From an uncultured Candidatus Entotheonella sp. (GTDB lineage: Bacteria; Tectomicrobia; Entotheonellia; Entotheonellales; Entotheonellaceae), in NCBI GenBank assembly GCA_965217185.1, contig OZ244252.1:256001-320000 (forward strand): DNA of 64,000 bases, given 5' to 3'. This document shows positions 1 to 10,709 of this stretch, piece after piece. Below the pieces are notes generated by a model. It was not told the DNA's origin, made no database searches, and saw only the letters and a list, made by a program, of their open reading frames with translations. A program made the translations under genes and the position numbers. Each line of letters starts with the position of its first letter. The first letter of the stretch is position 1.

Positions 1-696
1 GTCGATCTCAGCAGGAAGCTGCCGCGTGCCGAATACCGCGCGCAACTGCGTACCTATCAGGCGCAGTTAAACCGCCTGACGCGCCAGGCGCGCGAAGTTG
101 GCCTCACCAGCGTCCTGGTGTTCGAGGGCTGGGACGCCGCCGGCAAGGGCGGGGTGATCCGGCGCCTGATTACCGCCATGGACCCGGTGAATTTTCAGAT
201 CGTGGCCATCGCCGCGCCCACCGAGGAGGAAAAGGCGCACCATTACCTGTGGCGTTTCTGGCGCCATCTGCCGCGTGCCGGCCGGGTGCTTATCTTCGAC
301 CGCAGTTGGTATGGGCGTATCCTGGTGGAACGCATTGAGGGCTTCGCCAGTGAGCCCGAGTGGCGGCGCGCCTACAGCGAGATCAATGCCTTCGAGGAGC
401 AGTTGAGCGAGCACGGCATCCTGCTGCTGAAGTTCTGGCTGCATATCGACGCGGACGAGCAAATGCGCCGTTTTCAGGCCCGCCTGGAAACCCCGTACAA
501 GAAGTTCAAAATGACCGAAGAGGACTACCGCAACCGCGAGAAGTGGCGAGACTACGAACTGGCCCTGCACGAGATGGTGCAGCGCACCAGCACCGAGTAC
601 GCCCCCTGGCACTTGGTGGCCGCCAATAACAAGCCGTGGGCACGAGTCGAGGTGCTGAAGATGCATTGCCGCCAGTTGAAGCGCCGGCTGGGGTAG
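1..696 (+). CDS. Polyphosphate kinase 2 family (probably C-terminal domain of polyP:AMP phosphotransferase), 5'-truncated by window
   Basis: Open frame from base 1; FEGWDAAGKGG Walker A, FDRSWYGR Walker B, EDYRNREKW lid. Confidence 0.9.
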   Translation, partial: VDLSRKLPRAEYRAQLRTYQAQLNRLTRQAREVGLTSVLVFEGWDAAGKGGVIRRLITAMDPVNFQIVAIAAPTEEEKAHHYLWRFWRHLPRAGRVLIFDRSWYGRILVERIEGFASEPEWRRAYSEINAFEEQLSEHGILLLKFWLHIDADEQMRRFQARLETPYKKFKMTEEDYRNREKWRDYELALHEMVQRTSTEYAPWHLVAANNKPWARVEVLKMHCRQLKRRLG

Positions 697-788
697 CCGG
701 AAGCCCGCTTTGACCCATGACTTCTATCCGGGACCTGTGAGACGATGACGTTTATCGTGCGTACGACAGCCACACTGGTTGCGATAAG

Positions 789-1781
789 ATGAAGAACAAT
801 CCCCTACCAAGGCTTGATACCTCACCAAGCATTCGTGATGAGCTGCTTCCCTATTGTCGGCTCCAATTCGGCGAAGTTTGGACCGACGGTATCCGCGGTC
901 ACCGTGTCGGGTGCCTTGATGCCGCCGATAGGAGGGCCATAAAGGACATCATGGCCGGTGAGCGGGCGCAACTGGCAATACACGACCCGCCGTACAATCT
1001 GGCCGCCTTTGAGCAGCGGTCCATAGCGGCGTTTATCGACTGGTGTCGAAAATGGGTATCCTACACGGATGCCGTGTTGACTCCCGATTCGTCCCTCTAC
1101 GTCTGGCTTGGCGCGGACCAGAACGACGGCTTCCAGCCGTTGCCGGATTTCATGCTCATGATGCGCGATCAACCGTTTCGTCCGCGAAGTTTTATTACCA
1201 TGAGGAACCAGCGCGGATATGGTACGCAAAAGAACTGGATGGCGGTTCGACAGGAACTGCTCTACTACACAAAGGGAAATCCACAATTCAATGTGGACGC
1301 GGAATACACGGACATCCCGAAAATCCTTCGCGGATACTACAAAGACGTAAACGGGAAGAAGACGGAAAATCTTGAACGGAGCCGTTCTGATACGATTCGG
1401 GCAGGGAACGTCTGGGTTGACATTCAGCAGGTTTTTTATCGGATGGAAGAGAACATTTCCGGCTGCTACGCTCAAAAACCCATAAAGTGCATTGATCGCA
1501 TTATTCGGGCAAGCTCGGCTCCCAATGATTTGGTGATCGACTTTTTTGCACACTCCGGAACGACCTTGCTCGCGTCCGAGATTCTCAACCGAAGGTGCTT
1601 CACGGTTGACATCGACCCGATCTATGCCGAGATTACGATTCGCCGCCTTGAACGATTTCGCGCGTCTGGGCAACTCGGATGGCAAAATGGGCATCCTTTC
1701 GAGGCCGATGTTCCGAAACCGAATATCGGGCCTGCCGCTTCTCTCACGCCCACAACGCCTGTCCAAAGGACGTTGTTCTAA
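789..1781 (+). CDS. Site-specific DNA methyltransferase (N4/N6, beta-type motif order)
   Basis: DPPY near N-terminus, QKP, and DFFAHSGTT SAM motif near C-terminus. Confidence 0.85.
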   Translation: MKNNPLPRLDTSPSIRDELLPYCRLQFGEVWTDGIRGHRVGCLDAADRRAIKDIMAGERAQLAIHDPPYNLAAFEQRSIAAFIDWCRKWVSYTDAVLTPDSSLYVWLGADQNDGFQPLPDFMLMMRDQPFRPRSFITMRNQRGYGTQKNWMAVRQELLYYTKGNPQFNVDAEYTDIPKILRGYYKDVNGKKTENLERSRSDTIRAGNVWVDIQQVFYRMEENISGCYAQKPIKCIDRIIRASSAPNDLVIDFFAHSGTTLLASEILNRRCFTVDIDPIYAEITIRRLERFRASGQLGWQNGHPFEADVPKPNIGPAASLTPTTPVQRTLF

Positions 1782-1790
1782 CAGGACTCC

Positions 1791-2516
1791 ATGCAACATC
1801 TTCAGGAAGAACTGGACGCGCTGCTGGCGCAGTTACCCAACAGGGAAGAATTTCAAGACCGGCTGGATTCGCTCGTCTCGGTTTATCCCTTCAACGAATA
1901 TGAGTACGTTATTTCGACGCTGCTTGCGATGGATGTCCTCACGCTGGACGGTTATCACGAACTCCGTGACAGTTACATGAACAGGAATCAGTACCTTCAT
2001 CTGTTTGCAAGAGCGCCTCGTTCTTTTGGCGGAACGTGGGCGGAGGGCCACTTGAAGGGGTTGGTGCCGGGCGTGCAAAAGCCATCAGATGCAATTGATC
2101 CAGACTACTCAGGGCAGTACGACCTCTATATGGAGGGGATTCGTATTGAGGTCAAAGCCTCGCGTGCAGTTGACAGAGATAGCAGAGAGTCGCTTAACGT
2201 CAAGGCTCTTACCTCGGATTCAACGAAGCGATTCTTGATGAATTTTCAACAGGTGAAGCCGAGTTGCTGTGATGTGTTCGTGTGGATTGCAGTGTGGCGC
2301 GACGTTATCCGGTACTGGGTTCTGTCCTCATACGAAGTTGAAATGAACCCTCACTATTCCAAACGCCAGCATCGTTACAGCGTCGGCGAGGGACAGCTTC
2401 ACGTGAGGCAGGACAACATCCAGAATTTTGCAGCCTACGAAGTGAAGTCCAACAAGCTCGAAGAAGCGATTCGTACAGCATATGACCGGCAAATTAGAGC
2501 AATAAGTGCGTCGTAG
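1791..2516 (+). CDS. Putative Type II restriction endonuclease (PD-(D/E)xK)
   Basis: YDL...IEVKASR motif; 9 bp downstream of the MTase; RBS AGGA. Confidence 0.6.
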   Translation: MQHLQEELDALLAQLPNREEFQDRLDSLVSVYPFNEYEYVISTLLAMDVLTLDGYHELRDSYMNRNQYLHLFARAPRSFGGTWAEGHLKGLVPGVQKPSDAIDPDYSGQYDLYMEGIRIEVKASRAVDRDSRESLNVKALTSDSTKRFLMNFQQVKPSCCDVFVWIAVWRDVIRYWVLSSYEVEMNPHYSKRQHRYSVGEGQLHVRQDNIQNFAAYEVKSNKLEEAIRTAYDRQIRAISAS

Positions 2517-2571
2517 GAGTCTGGGGGATCAAAACAATGGGGGAGTTGTCGTAGGATGCCCCAAAGCCGCC

Positions 2572-3783
2572 CTAGAAAAACCGCGACAGCCGAAGCTGCA
2601 CGTAGTCGTCTCGGCGGACGCTGGAGAGCAGAGCCGTTGATGGAACGTCGAAAAAGGCCACGGCTTCCAACTCGATGGTCCAGCGGTCGCCGAGACGGCG
2701 GCTGGCCTCGATGGTGACGAGTGTCGCGCCGGTTTGGTCGTCGACGATGGCACCGGCGAGAATGCTGGTGCTGCCGACGTCGTTGAAGGCGAGGCGGCCG
2801 CCGACAAACACGTCGTTCTCAAACGGCGTGCCGGGGGCCGCGGTGCTGCGGCCGTCGTAGAGGTATTCAGCCACCAAGCCGAGGTCGAGTGCCGTGCCAA
2901 ACAGGCTGAAGAAGCTGTACTCAAACCCGGCGACGACGGCGCTGAAGTGTTCGCCGTGGCCCCAGCGGCTGATGGCTTCGAGCTTCCAGAGCCACGCCTC
3001 GACCGTCCATTGCAACTCGAGGCCGGCTTGGTCGATCTGGTCATAGACGGGGATCAAGCGGGGCTCGCTGTCGTTACGAATGTCCGGGGTGAAACGCGGC
3101 TCCCGGCTGGTACCCCTGAAATACCCGACGGCGACGTCCCAGTCGCCCAACGCGTGGGTCCAGCGTGCCGCGACATCGGGATGCCATTCCTTCAGTGACG
3201 ACTCGAACTGCGCGTTGTCCGTATCCACCACAAATTCCGCACGCAGCCGACCTTTTTCACCGGGGAAGGTGCTCTCGCGGAAATAGGGCAGGGCAAAGAA
3301 CGTCAGCGTACCCCAGTCCTGCGCCAAAGCCAGCCGCAGCATGGGTTGCCCCAGCTTGTCCTCACCGTCCAAATCCTCCACGCGGTCCGTCTGGTTGATG
3401 ATGTCCACCAGATGCCGTGCTTCCGTCACGCCCCAGAACACCTTGCCGACGCCAACCAGCAGGTCCCAGGTCGGGGCGGCGTGCAGCCAGTTGAATTCAC
3501 GCAGGTCGAAGTGCCGGCGCCGGTCGTCGCTGAAATCCAGGCGCGCCATCGTCACCACGGTCAGGCGGTCGTTGCCGTTCGGCCAGTCGTAGTAAAACTC
3601 GGGTTGGAGCAGGAGGGAAGGCAGTACCTGACGCGATTCTTGTTGCGGAAAGATCGGTTCCTGCGGGAAGCCCTGGACGTCCAGGGCCACGAAACCCGAC
3701 AAGGACGGCTGGGCTACCGCCACCGTCGCCATGACCAGAACCAGCCAGGCGGCGCCCAGCCATCGCAGGCCCATAGGGGTCAC
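2572..3783 (-). CDS. Putative outer-membrane beta-barrel protein
   Basis: Signal peptide, alternating beta-strand pattern, C-terminal Phe; coupled to LolA-like gene. Confidence 0.65.
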   Translation of the reverse strand: MTPMGLRWLGAAWLVLVMATVAVAQPSLSGFVALDVQGFPQEPIFPQQESRQVLPSLLLQPEFYYDWPNGNDRLTVVTMARLDFSDDRRRHFDLREFNWLHAAPTWDLLVGVGKVFWGVTEARHLVDIINQTDRVEDLDGEDKLGQPMLRLALAQDWGTLTFFALPYFRESTFPGEKGRLRAEFVVDTDNAQFESSLKEWHPDVAARWTHALGDWDVAVGYFRGTSREPRFTPDIRNDSEPRLIPVYDQIDQAGLELQWTVEAWLWKLEAISRWGHGEHFSAVVAGFEYSFFSLFGTALDLGLVAEYLYDGRSTAAPGTPFENDVFVGGRLAFNDVGSTSILAGAIVDDQTGATLVTIEASRRLGDRWTIELEAVAFFDVPSTALLSSVRRDDYVQLRLSRFF

Positions 3784-4628
3784 CGCGACCGTTTGAGGGC
3801 ATTACGCGTGAAGTCCGCCTCGGTGAGCCCGATGCGGAAACGGAGGTCGGTGTAGCTGAGTCGGGTGCTCTTGCCGGTCTGGTGGTTGTGCATATCCAGA
3901 ATCAAGGCGCGCCAGTACTGGTCGAGGTACTGACGGTAGTCGGAGAACGTCAGGGTTTTCAGGAGGTCGTTCTTGCGATCGTAGAAATCGACCTTCCAGA
4001 AGCGGTACTCGTCGTGGTCGATCCAGGTGAGCTGCCGGGTGTAGCCGGAGTCCTTGTACACCGGCACCCGTTCAATCACAAAGCATTGCAGCCCTTCGCC
4101 ACAGGGCTCGTCGCGCAGATACCGATGCGTGTATTTGGCCACCTCCTGCGACGCCAGGTCTTCGTAGGCGAACTCGCTGCCGAGAAACGGCCCGGACTTG
4201 TTGGCCGAGGAGATGCGCTTGACGCGTTTGAGTGCCGGCAGGTACAGCCATTGGTCGTCCGGTTCGCCGATGTGGGTGTATGTGAGCAGAGCGGTGCCGC
4301 GCACGTCGGGCGGGCTCTCGATGACGCTCAGGACTTTGTCGCCGTCGCCTTCGTCCGCCACTTCCAGGGTATTGAGGCGCAACTTGCGGGTGCTCGTTTG
4401 GCCGTTGGCGTTTTTCAGGATCATCTCCAACACCGCCACGGAATCGCCAAAACCGAGGTCTCGCCGGTCCGCTTCTTGGGAAATCTCCAGGCCCTTTTGC
4501 TCCTCCGGGCTCTGCGCCGCAGCGGCAATTGGCAAGAGGGCAATGAGCAGCAGACATGCCCAGGGCAGCAGGCGTCCTCTACGGCGCCGGTTGATGGGTT
4601 GCGTTTGATTGGCGTTGCGTTCAGGCAT
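3780..4628 (-). CDS. Outer-membrane lipoprotein-sorting (LolA-like) protein
   Basis: Signal peptide; DDQWLYLPALKRVKRI and GPFLGSEFAYEDL motifs. Confidence 0.8.
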   Translation of the reverse strand: MPERNANQTQPINRRRRGRLLPWACLLLIALLPIAAAAQSPEEQKGLEISQEADRRDLGFGDSVAVLEMILKNANGQTSTRKLRLNTLEVADEGDGDKVLSVIESPPDVRGTALLTYTHIGEPDDQWLYLPALKRVKRISSANKSGPFLGSEFAYEDLASQEVAKYTHRYLRDEPCGEGLQCFVIERVPVYKDSGYTRQLTWIDHDEYRFWKVDFYDRKNDLLKTLTFSDYRQYLDQYWRALILDMHNHQTGKSTRLSYTDLRFRIGLTEADFTRNALKRSR

Positions 4629-6969
4629 GGGACGTATCCTCCACTGGGGTCACTAGAGAGCGGCTTTTGGTATCGACGGTCATCAGCAGGGCCGGCAGGG
4701 CCGTCAGATCGGCGATCAGGGCAAAGGCGATGGTTATGGCCGTCATCCTGCCCATGCTGCCGTTCAGGTCGAACGACGACAGCGACAGGATCGAAAATCC
4801 GATCACCAGGATGATCGAGGTGACGATCAGCGCCCTGCCCACCGAGGCGAAGGCGTAGCGCACGGCGTCCTCGGCGTTCAGGCCCTGCTCGCGGCGGGCG
4901 CGCAGGTACTTGCTCAGGAAGTGAACGGTGTCGTCAACCACGATGCCCAGGGTCATGGTGATGACGATCGACAGGCCCAGATTCACCTGCCCCACGAAGA
5001 TGCCCCAGACGCCGAACGCCAGAACCGCCGGCGCGAGGTTGGGCAGCAGGCTGATGAAGCCGATCTTGAGACTTCGCAGCGCCACGATGAGCACGCCGGA
5101 GATGAGAATCAGGGCCAGTGTCGTGCCGCGCAGCATGCTGTCGATGTTGCGCTTTGAGATGTGCGAAAACATGATGGCGCCGCTCGCCGCGTGCCCGAAC
5201 ATCGCTTCCGGGGCGTTGGCGCGCAGCCAATCCTCGGCGCGCTCCGCCAAGCCGCGGATTTCCCGCGACGAGACGTTGGCGAGCGTGGCGGTCAGGCGCG
5301 TCGCCGATTTGTCGAGGTTGACCTGGTTGTTCAGGTCCAGGCCGTAGGGCAGGGACAACTCGTACAGCAGCAAGTATTGGGCGGCGAGTTGGCGGTTGTC
5401 GGGCAGGTGGTACCATTCCTGATCGTCGCCGTGCATGCTCTTGTTGAGGCGCTTCATGGTGTCGCTGATGACGTTGACGTGCGTCACCTCGGGCTGTGCG
5501 CGGTACCAGTTGGCGAACTCTTCGAGCTTAACCATGTAAGCCGGATCGCTGATGCCGTTGGCCGAGTCGCTGCCGACGGAGTGCTCGCTCTGGTACATGC
5601 CGCCGAGGTTTTCCATTACGAAATCGGTATGTGTGCGGAAGGGAACGCGCTCGTCGAAGTAGTTGACGAAGCGGTCGTTGAGCTCATTGAGGGGGATGCA
5701 CAGCCCCAGCCCCAGCAGCACCGGGATGGAGCCGTACAACAGCAGCCGGCGGCGGCTGACGACGGTCTCGGCCAGCCATTCGACGCCGAACCTGCCGCTG
5801 CTCGTGCGCTGCCTGGCGCGCACCGGCAGCACGCTCATCACCGCGGGCAGGAACAGCACCGACAGGACGAAGGCGATGCCCACACCGGTGGCCGTGATGT
5901 TGCCCAGGTGGCGAAACGGCGGCGCGTCGCTGAAGTTCATGCTGAGAAAGCCGATGGCGGTTGTCAGGCTGGTCAGGAAAACCGGTTGCATGTTGATGCG
6001 CAGGCTCTCGACGATGGCCTCGCGTTTGTCCCGGCCCTGACGCATTTCATGCAGCATGGTGACCAGCAAGTGAATGCTGTCCGCCACCGCCAGCGTCATG
6101 ATCATGGTGGCGGCCTGCGCCGAGGGAGGCGTCAGACCCGTGCCCATCCAGCCCGTCAGCCCCATCGCCGAGGCTGCCGAAAATCCCACCACGAGCAAGG
6201 TGCCAAGGGTGCTGGTCAGCGAGCGCAGCAGCCAGAACATGATCACGAACATGGCCAGGTACATGAGCGGCACCAGCGTCTGTATGTCCTTGATGCCCGC
6301 TTCGGAGAAGGAGTTGTTGAGCATCGAGAGGCCGGTGAGGTAGACGTCGATGTCGGGATACGCGGCGCGGATTTCATCGGCCAGCCGCCGGGCGTGGGCG
6401 GTCACGTCCGGCACCTCGGTCATACTTTTTTCGGCAAAGTGCAGCGTGACGTTGATGCCGGTCACGTGTGCGGATGGCGAAATGAGGCGGTTGATCAGAA
6501 GCGGCTCGTTCAGGGCGACCTCCCTGGCCTCCTGCAAGACCTCGGGCGGCTGCGTCATGGCGTTGGAAACCAGGTCAGCCACGAACAGATCGTCGCCTTC
6601 GGCGCGGGTGTGCTGGAAGTTGGTGACCGAGTCGACGCGTATGGCAAAGGGGATTTGCCACGCCTTTTCCGTCAACTGCTCCACTGCGGTGAGCACCGGG
6701 GCAGTAAAAACCTCGCCGCCGGCGGGTGCCAGGACGAACAGGACGTTGTCGTTTTTGCCATAAACATTTTGCAATTCGTCGAAGGACCTAAGCTGCGGGT
6801 TGTCCTCGCTGAAGAAAACGCGATAATCGGTGTCGAACCACAGGAAGCGCCCGCCACTGGCGGAGACGGCCACCAGCAGCACAACGACCAATAAAATGGG
6901 CCAGCGCCAGCGGACCACCCCCCAGCCATAGGTTTGTACCGCGCTGTCGAAGGTGCCGTTTTTCGGCAT
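4621..6969 (-). CDS. MMPL/RND-family exporter
   Basis: Two TM repeats with LAVADSIH / GIVVDDTVH and TSLTTAIGF motifs. Confidence 0.88.
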   Translation of the reverse strand: MPKNGTFDSAVQTYGWGVVRWRWPILLVVVLLVAVSASGGRFLWFDTDYRVFFSEDNPQLRSFDELQNVYGKNDNVLFVLAPAGGEVFTAPVLTAVEQLTEKAWQIPFAIRVDSVTNFQHTRAEGDDLFVADLVSNAMTQPPEVLQEAREVALNEPLLINRLISPSAHVTGINVTLHFAEKSMTEVPDVTAHARRLADEIRAAYPDIDVYLTGLSMLNNSFSEAGIKDIQTLVPLMYLAMFVIMFWLLRSLTSTLGTLLVVGFSAASAMGLTGWMGTGLTPPSAQAATMIMTLAVADSIHLLVTMLHEMRQGRDKREAIVESLRINMQPVFLTSLTTAIGFLSMNFSDAPPFRHLGNITATGVGIAFVLSVLFLPAVMSVLPVRARQRTSSGRFGVEWLAETVVSRRRLLLYGSIPVLLGLGLCIPLNELNDRFVNYFDERVPFRTHTDFVMENLGGMYQSEHSVGSDSANGISDPAYMVKLEEFANWYRAQPEVTHVNVISDTMKRLNKSMHGDDQEWYHLPDNRQLAAQYLLLYELSLPYGLDLNNQVNLDKSATRLTATLANVSSREIRGLAERAEDWLRANAPEAMFGHAASGAIMFSHISKRNIDSMLRGTTLALILISGVLIVALRSLKIGFISLLPNLAPAVLAFGVWGIFVGQVNLGLSIVITMTLGIVVDDTVHFLSKYLRARREQGLNAEDAVRYAFASVGRALIVTSIILVIGFSILSLSSFDLNGSMGRMTAITIAFALIADLTALPALLMTVDTKSRSLVTPVEDTSHA

Positions 6970-7097
6970 GGCGTGAGCCTCCCGTAGTCATGAAATTAGT
7001 ATGCGGTCAGTCCGGCGGGGGATGATACACGATTACCCGGTGCCGCACCATTGCCTGCCGACGGCAAAGTAGCCTTTTCAAGCCATAAGGAATCCAC

Positions 7098-7994
7098 ATG
7101 CAACGTTCACGACACGCACCCGAAGAGTTGTCCGTTCTATTGGCCTATGCACATCCGGACGACGAAGGCTTTGGAACCGGCGGCATTCTGGCGCTGCTGA
7201 CGAGCAGGGGCGCGCGGCTCACCCTGGTCTGTGCCACCAACGGCGACGTCGGCGAGATCAGCGACCCTGTCCTCGCTACCCCGGACACGCTCGGCCAGGT
7301 GCGCCAGGAGGAATTGCGGCAGGCGATGGCCGTGACCGGCGTGCAGGACGTGCGGTTCCTGAACTACCGCGACTCCGGCATGATCGGCACGGACGACAAC
7401 CAACACGCCAACGCCCTCATGCAAGCGCCGCCCGACGAGGTCATCGGCCGGCTGGTGGACGTGATGCGCGAAACCCGCCCGCAGATCGTCATCACCCACG
7501 ATCCGACCGGCGGCTATGGTCACCCGGACCACGTCACCATGTGCCGGCACGTCACCGCCGCCTTTCGGTTGGCTGCTGACGCGGACGCCTACCCGGAGCA
7601 GCTTGCGCCGGGCCGCCAGCCGTGGCATCCGGAGTTGCTTTACTACGTCTGCTTTCCGCGCAGTTTCTTCCGCCGCATGTGGCAATACCTGCGCGAGGCG
7701 GGCATCCGGCCACCATTCGCCAGCGAGGAGGTGGAAGCCCTCGGCACCCCGGACGACGAGGTGACGACGGTCGTCGACGTCGAGCCTTATCTGGCCACCA
7801 AAATCGCCTCGCTGAACTGTCATCGTACCCAGATCGATCCGCAAGGCCCCTTCCACAAATTGCCCACCCATAGGCTGCATGATATGATGCGCAACGAGTA
7901 TTTCACGCTGGCTCTGCCGAATGACGCAGGGGCTGACGCTGACCTGCTGGGCAGGCTGGCGCCCGTCGCGTCCCGCCAACCGGGGCTGTCTTGA
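7098..7994 (+). CDS. PIG-L family deacetylase (MshB/Mca-like)
   Basis: AHPDDE, YRDSGM and GYGHPDH motifs. Confidence 0.88.
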   Translation: MQRSRHAPEELSVLLAYAHPDDEGFGTGGILALLTSRGARLTLVCATNGDVGEISDPVLATPDTLGQVRQEELRQAMAVTGVQDVRFLNYRDSGMIGTDDNQHANALMQAPPDEVIGRLVDVMRETRPQIVITHDPTGGYGHPDHVTMCRHVTAAFRLAADADAYPEQLAPGRQPWHPELLYYVCFPRSFFRRMWQYLREAGIRPPFASEEVEALGTPDDEVTTVVDVEPYLATKIASLNCHRTQIDPQGPFHKLPTHRLHDMMRNEYFTLALPNDAGADADLLGRLAPVASRQPGLS

Positions 7995-8079
7995 CGCCGT
8001 TCGCGTCGGCTGGTTTACTCTGCAATACGTTCTTCCCTTCTGTTCGACGAATTCAGCGAAAATCCTGGAGCGCGGTACC

Positions 8080-8883
8080 ATGGCACAAGCCGAGTTGACC
8101 CTGAAGCAACACGGGTTCGGGCAAACGAGACGCCGGGACCTGTGGTGGCTGCAGCCGCTGGCGGTCTTCACCGGACTGTCTATCTTTGTGATCTATTCGA
8201 CCTGGGCGGCTTTTCAAGGCCAGAACTACGCCTTCGGGCCGTATCTGTCGCCCATGTATTCGCCGGAGCTTCTCGGCGAGTCCTCGCATAGCTGGTTCGG
8301 CCCCAAGCCGTCCTGGTGGCCCGCGGCGATGCCGTGGTCGCCGGCCTTCCTGATCCTGTGGGCGCCCCTCGGCTTTCGCCTCACCTGCTATTACTACCGC
8401 GGCGCCTATTACAAATCGTTCTGGGCCGATCCGCCGGCCTGCGCCGTGGCCGAACCCCGCCACAGCTACCTGGGCGAGAATTCCTTCCCGCTGATCCTGC
8501 ACAACATCCACCGCTATTTTCTCTACGTGGCGCTGCTCTTCCCGATTTTCCTCGCCTACGACGTATGGAACGCCCTGTGGTTCACGGACGAGGCGACGGG
8601 GGCTACGTCCTTCGGCCTCGGCGTCGGCACCCTGGTGCTGGCGGTCAACGTGGTGCTCCTCAGCGGCTACGCGCTGGGTTGCCATTCGCTGCGCCACCTG
8701 GTCGGCGGCATTCGGGATCGCCTGTCGGCGTCCCCGGCGCGGCTGAAGGCATACAACTGCGTCAGTTGCCTGAATCGCAAGCACATGCTGTGGGCCTGGA
8801 CGAGCCTGGTTTGGGTCGGCTTTTCGGACCTCTACGTACGCCTGTGTGCCATGGGGATTTGGACTGACTTAAGGATTTTGTAA
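8080..8883 (+). CDS. Succinate dehydrogenase membrane anchor (mycobacterial Sdh1-type)
   Basis: TM protein with FRLTCYYYRGAYY, HNIHRYF, GCHSLRH; stop overlaps flavoprotein start; RBS GGAG before ATG 8080. Confidence 0.8.
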   Translation: MAQAELTLKQHGFGQTRRRDLWWLQPLAVFTGLSIFVIYSTWAAFQGQNYAFGPYLSPMYSPELLGESSHSWFGPKPSWWPAAMPWSPAFLILWAPLGFRLTCYYYRGAYYKSFWADPPACAVAEPRHSYLGENSFPLILHNIHRYFLYVALLFPIFLAYDVWNALWFTDEATGATSFGLGVGTLVLAVNVVLLSGYALGCHSLRHLVGGIRDRLSASPARLKAYNCVSCLNRKHMLWAWTSLVWVGFSDLYVRLCAMGIWTDLRIL

Positions 8884-10709
8884 TGCTCAACTACGAAACG
8901 CATGAGTACGACGTGTTGGTCATCGGCGCCGGCGGTGCCGGCCTGCGGGCGGCCATCGAGGCTGCGGCCACCCGGTTGTCCGTCGGCCTGGTTTGCAAAT
9001 CGCTGCTCGGCAAGGCCCACACGGTGATGGCCGAGGGCGGCATCGCCGCGGCCCTGGCGAACGTGGACCAGCGCGACGACTGGAAGGTGCATTTCACCGA
9101 TACGATGCGCGGCGGCCAGTACGTGAACAACTGGCGCATGGCCGAGTTGCACGCCAAGGAGGCGCCGGAGTGCGTGCGCGAACTGGAGGCGTGGGGCGCG
9201 TTGTTCGATCGCACCCCGGACGGGCGCATCCTGCAGCGCAACTTCGGCGGGCACAAATACCCCCGGCTGGCGCACGTGGGCGACCGCACCGGGCTGGAAA
9301 TGATCCGCACGCTGCAGGACCACGGCATACACCAGGGCATCGAGGTGCACATGGAGTGCACGGTCGTCACGCTGCTCAAGGACGACGGGCGGGTAGTCGG
9401 CGCCTTTGGCTACGACCGCGAACGCGGGCGCTTCCGGGTGTTTCGCGCCAAGGCGGTCGTGCTGGGCACCGGCGGCGTGGGCCGCGCCTACAAGATCACC
9501 AGCAACAGCTGGGAATACACCGGCGACGGGCATTCCCTGGCCTACCACGCCGGCGCGGACCTGATGGACATGGAGTTCGTGCAGTTCCATCCCACCGGCA
9601 TGGTGTGGCCGCCGAGCGTGCGCGGCATCCTGGTCACCGAGGGTGTGCGCGGCGAGGGCGGCGTGCTGCGCAACCGCGAGGGCCGGCGCTTCATGTTCGA
9701 CGACATCCCGGAACTGTACCGTAACCAGACGTCGGACAACGAGGAAGAGGGCTGGCGCTATACCCAGGGCGACCCCGAGGCCCGCCGGCCGCCGGAGTTG
9801 CTGACGCGCGATCACGTGGCGCGTTGCATCGTGCGCGAGATCAAGGAAGGGCGCGGCAGCCCGCACGACGGCGTATTCCTCGACATTGCCTGGATCAAGG
9901 ACAGGCTGCCCACCGCCGAGGACCACATCCGGCGCAAGCTGCCGAGCATGTATCACCAGTTCAAGCAACTGGCCGGCATCGACATCACCAAGGAGGCGAT
10001 GGAGGTGGGGCCGACGACGCACTACGTCATGGGCGGCATCCGGGTGGACGCGGACACGCAGATGTCCAACGTCCCCGGCCTGTTTGCTGCCGGGGAGTGC
10101 GCTGCCGGGTTGCACGGCGCCAATCGTCTGGGCGGCAACTCGCTATCCGATTTGCTGGTCTTCGGCAAGCGGGCCGGCCGGTACGCGGCTGAATTCGCCA
10201 TGGAAAACGGCGCCGGTGCCATCGACGAGACACAGGTCGAATCGACTGCCACCTGGGCTCTGCGCTACTTCGAGTCGAACGGCAGTGATTCGGGCGAGGC
10301 GGAGAATCCCTATCGCGTGCAGGCGGACTTGCAGGACATGATGCAGAATCTGGTTGGCATCGTGCGCACCGAAAGCGACCTGCGTAAGGGCGTCGAGGCG
10401 CTGGGAGATTTGGTCGAGCGCGCCCAGCGGGCTGGCGTGCAGGGCAACCGCGAGTACAACGCCGGCTGGCATACGGCGATGGATTTGCGTCACCTGCTGA
10501 CTGTATCGGAGGCGATTGCCCTGGCGGCGTTGGAACGCAAGGAAAGCCGGGGGGCGCATTTCCGGGAGGATTATCCCGACAAGGACGAAAACGAGGCGCG
10601 CGATAGCATTATCGTTCGCAAGGGTCCGGATGGGGAGATGCAGGTGACGCGAGAGGCCTTGTCCGCGACCCGCGCTGACCTGCAAACCATCATCGAGGAG
10701 ATGCAGTGA
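8883..10709 (+). CDS. sdhA: Succinate dehydrogenase/fumarate reductase flavoprotein
   Basis: GAGGAG, HTVMAEGG, QFHPT, HGANRLGGNSL, ESRGAH motifs. Confidence 0.95.
   Translation: MLNYETHEYDVLVIGAGGAGLRAAIEAAATRLSVGLVCKSLLGKAHTVMAEGGIAAALANVDQRDDWKVHFTDTMRGGQYVNNWRMAELHAKEAPECVRELEAWGALFDRTPDGRILQRNFGGHKYPRLAHVGDRTGLEMIRTLQDHGIHQGIEVHMECTVVTLLKDDGRVVGAFGYDRERGRFRVFRAKAVVLGTGGVGRAYKITSNSWEYTGDGHSLAYHAGADLMDMEFVQFHPTGMVWPPSVRGILVTEGVRGEGGVLRNREGRRFMFDDIPELYRNQTSDNEEEGWRYTQGDPEARRPPELLTRDHVARCIVREIKEGRGSPHDGVFLDIAWIKDRLPTAEDHIRRKLPSMYHQFKQLAGIDITKEAMEVGPTTHYVMGGIRVDADTQMSNVPGLFAAGECAAGLHGANRLGGNSLSDLLVFGKRAGRYAAEFAMENGAGAIDETQVESTATWALRYFESNGSDSGEAENPYRVQADLQDMMQNLVGIVRTESDLRKGVEALGDLVERAQRAGVQGNREYNAGWHTAMDLRHLLTVSEAIALAALERKESRGAHFREDYPDKDENEARDSIIVRKGPDGEMQVTREALSATRADLQTIIEEMQ

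Noticed and set aside
5161..6894. Long antisense or alternate-frame ORFs (e.g. 5161-6894, 19216-21162, 34228-35841, 46659-48503, 51830-53812)
   Set aside because: Shadows of well-supported genes in high-GC DNA; no recognisable motifs
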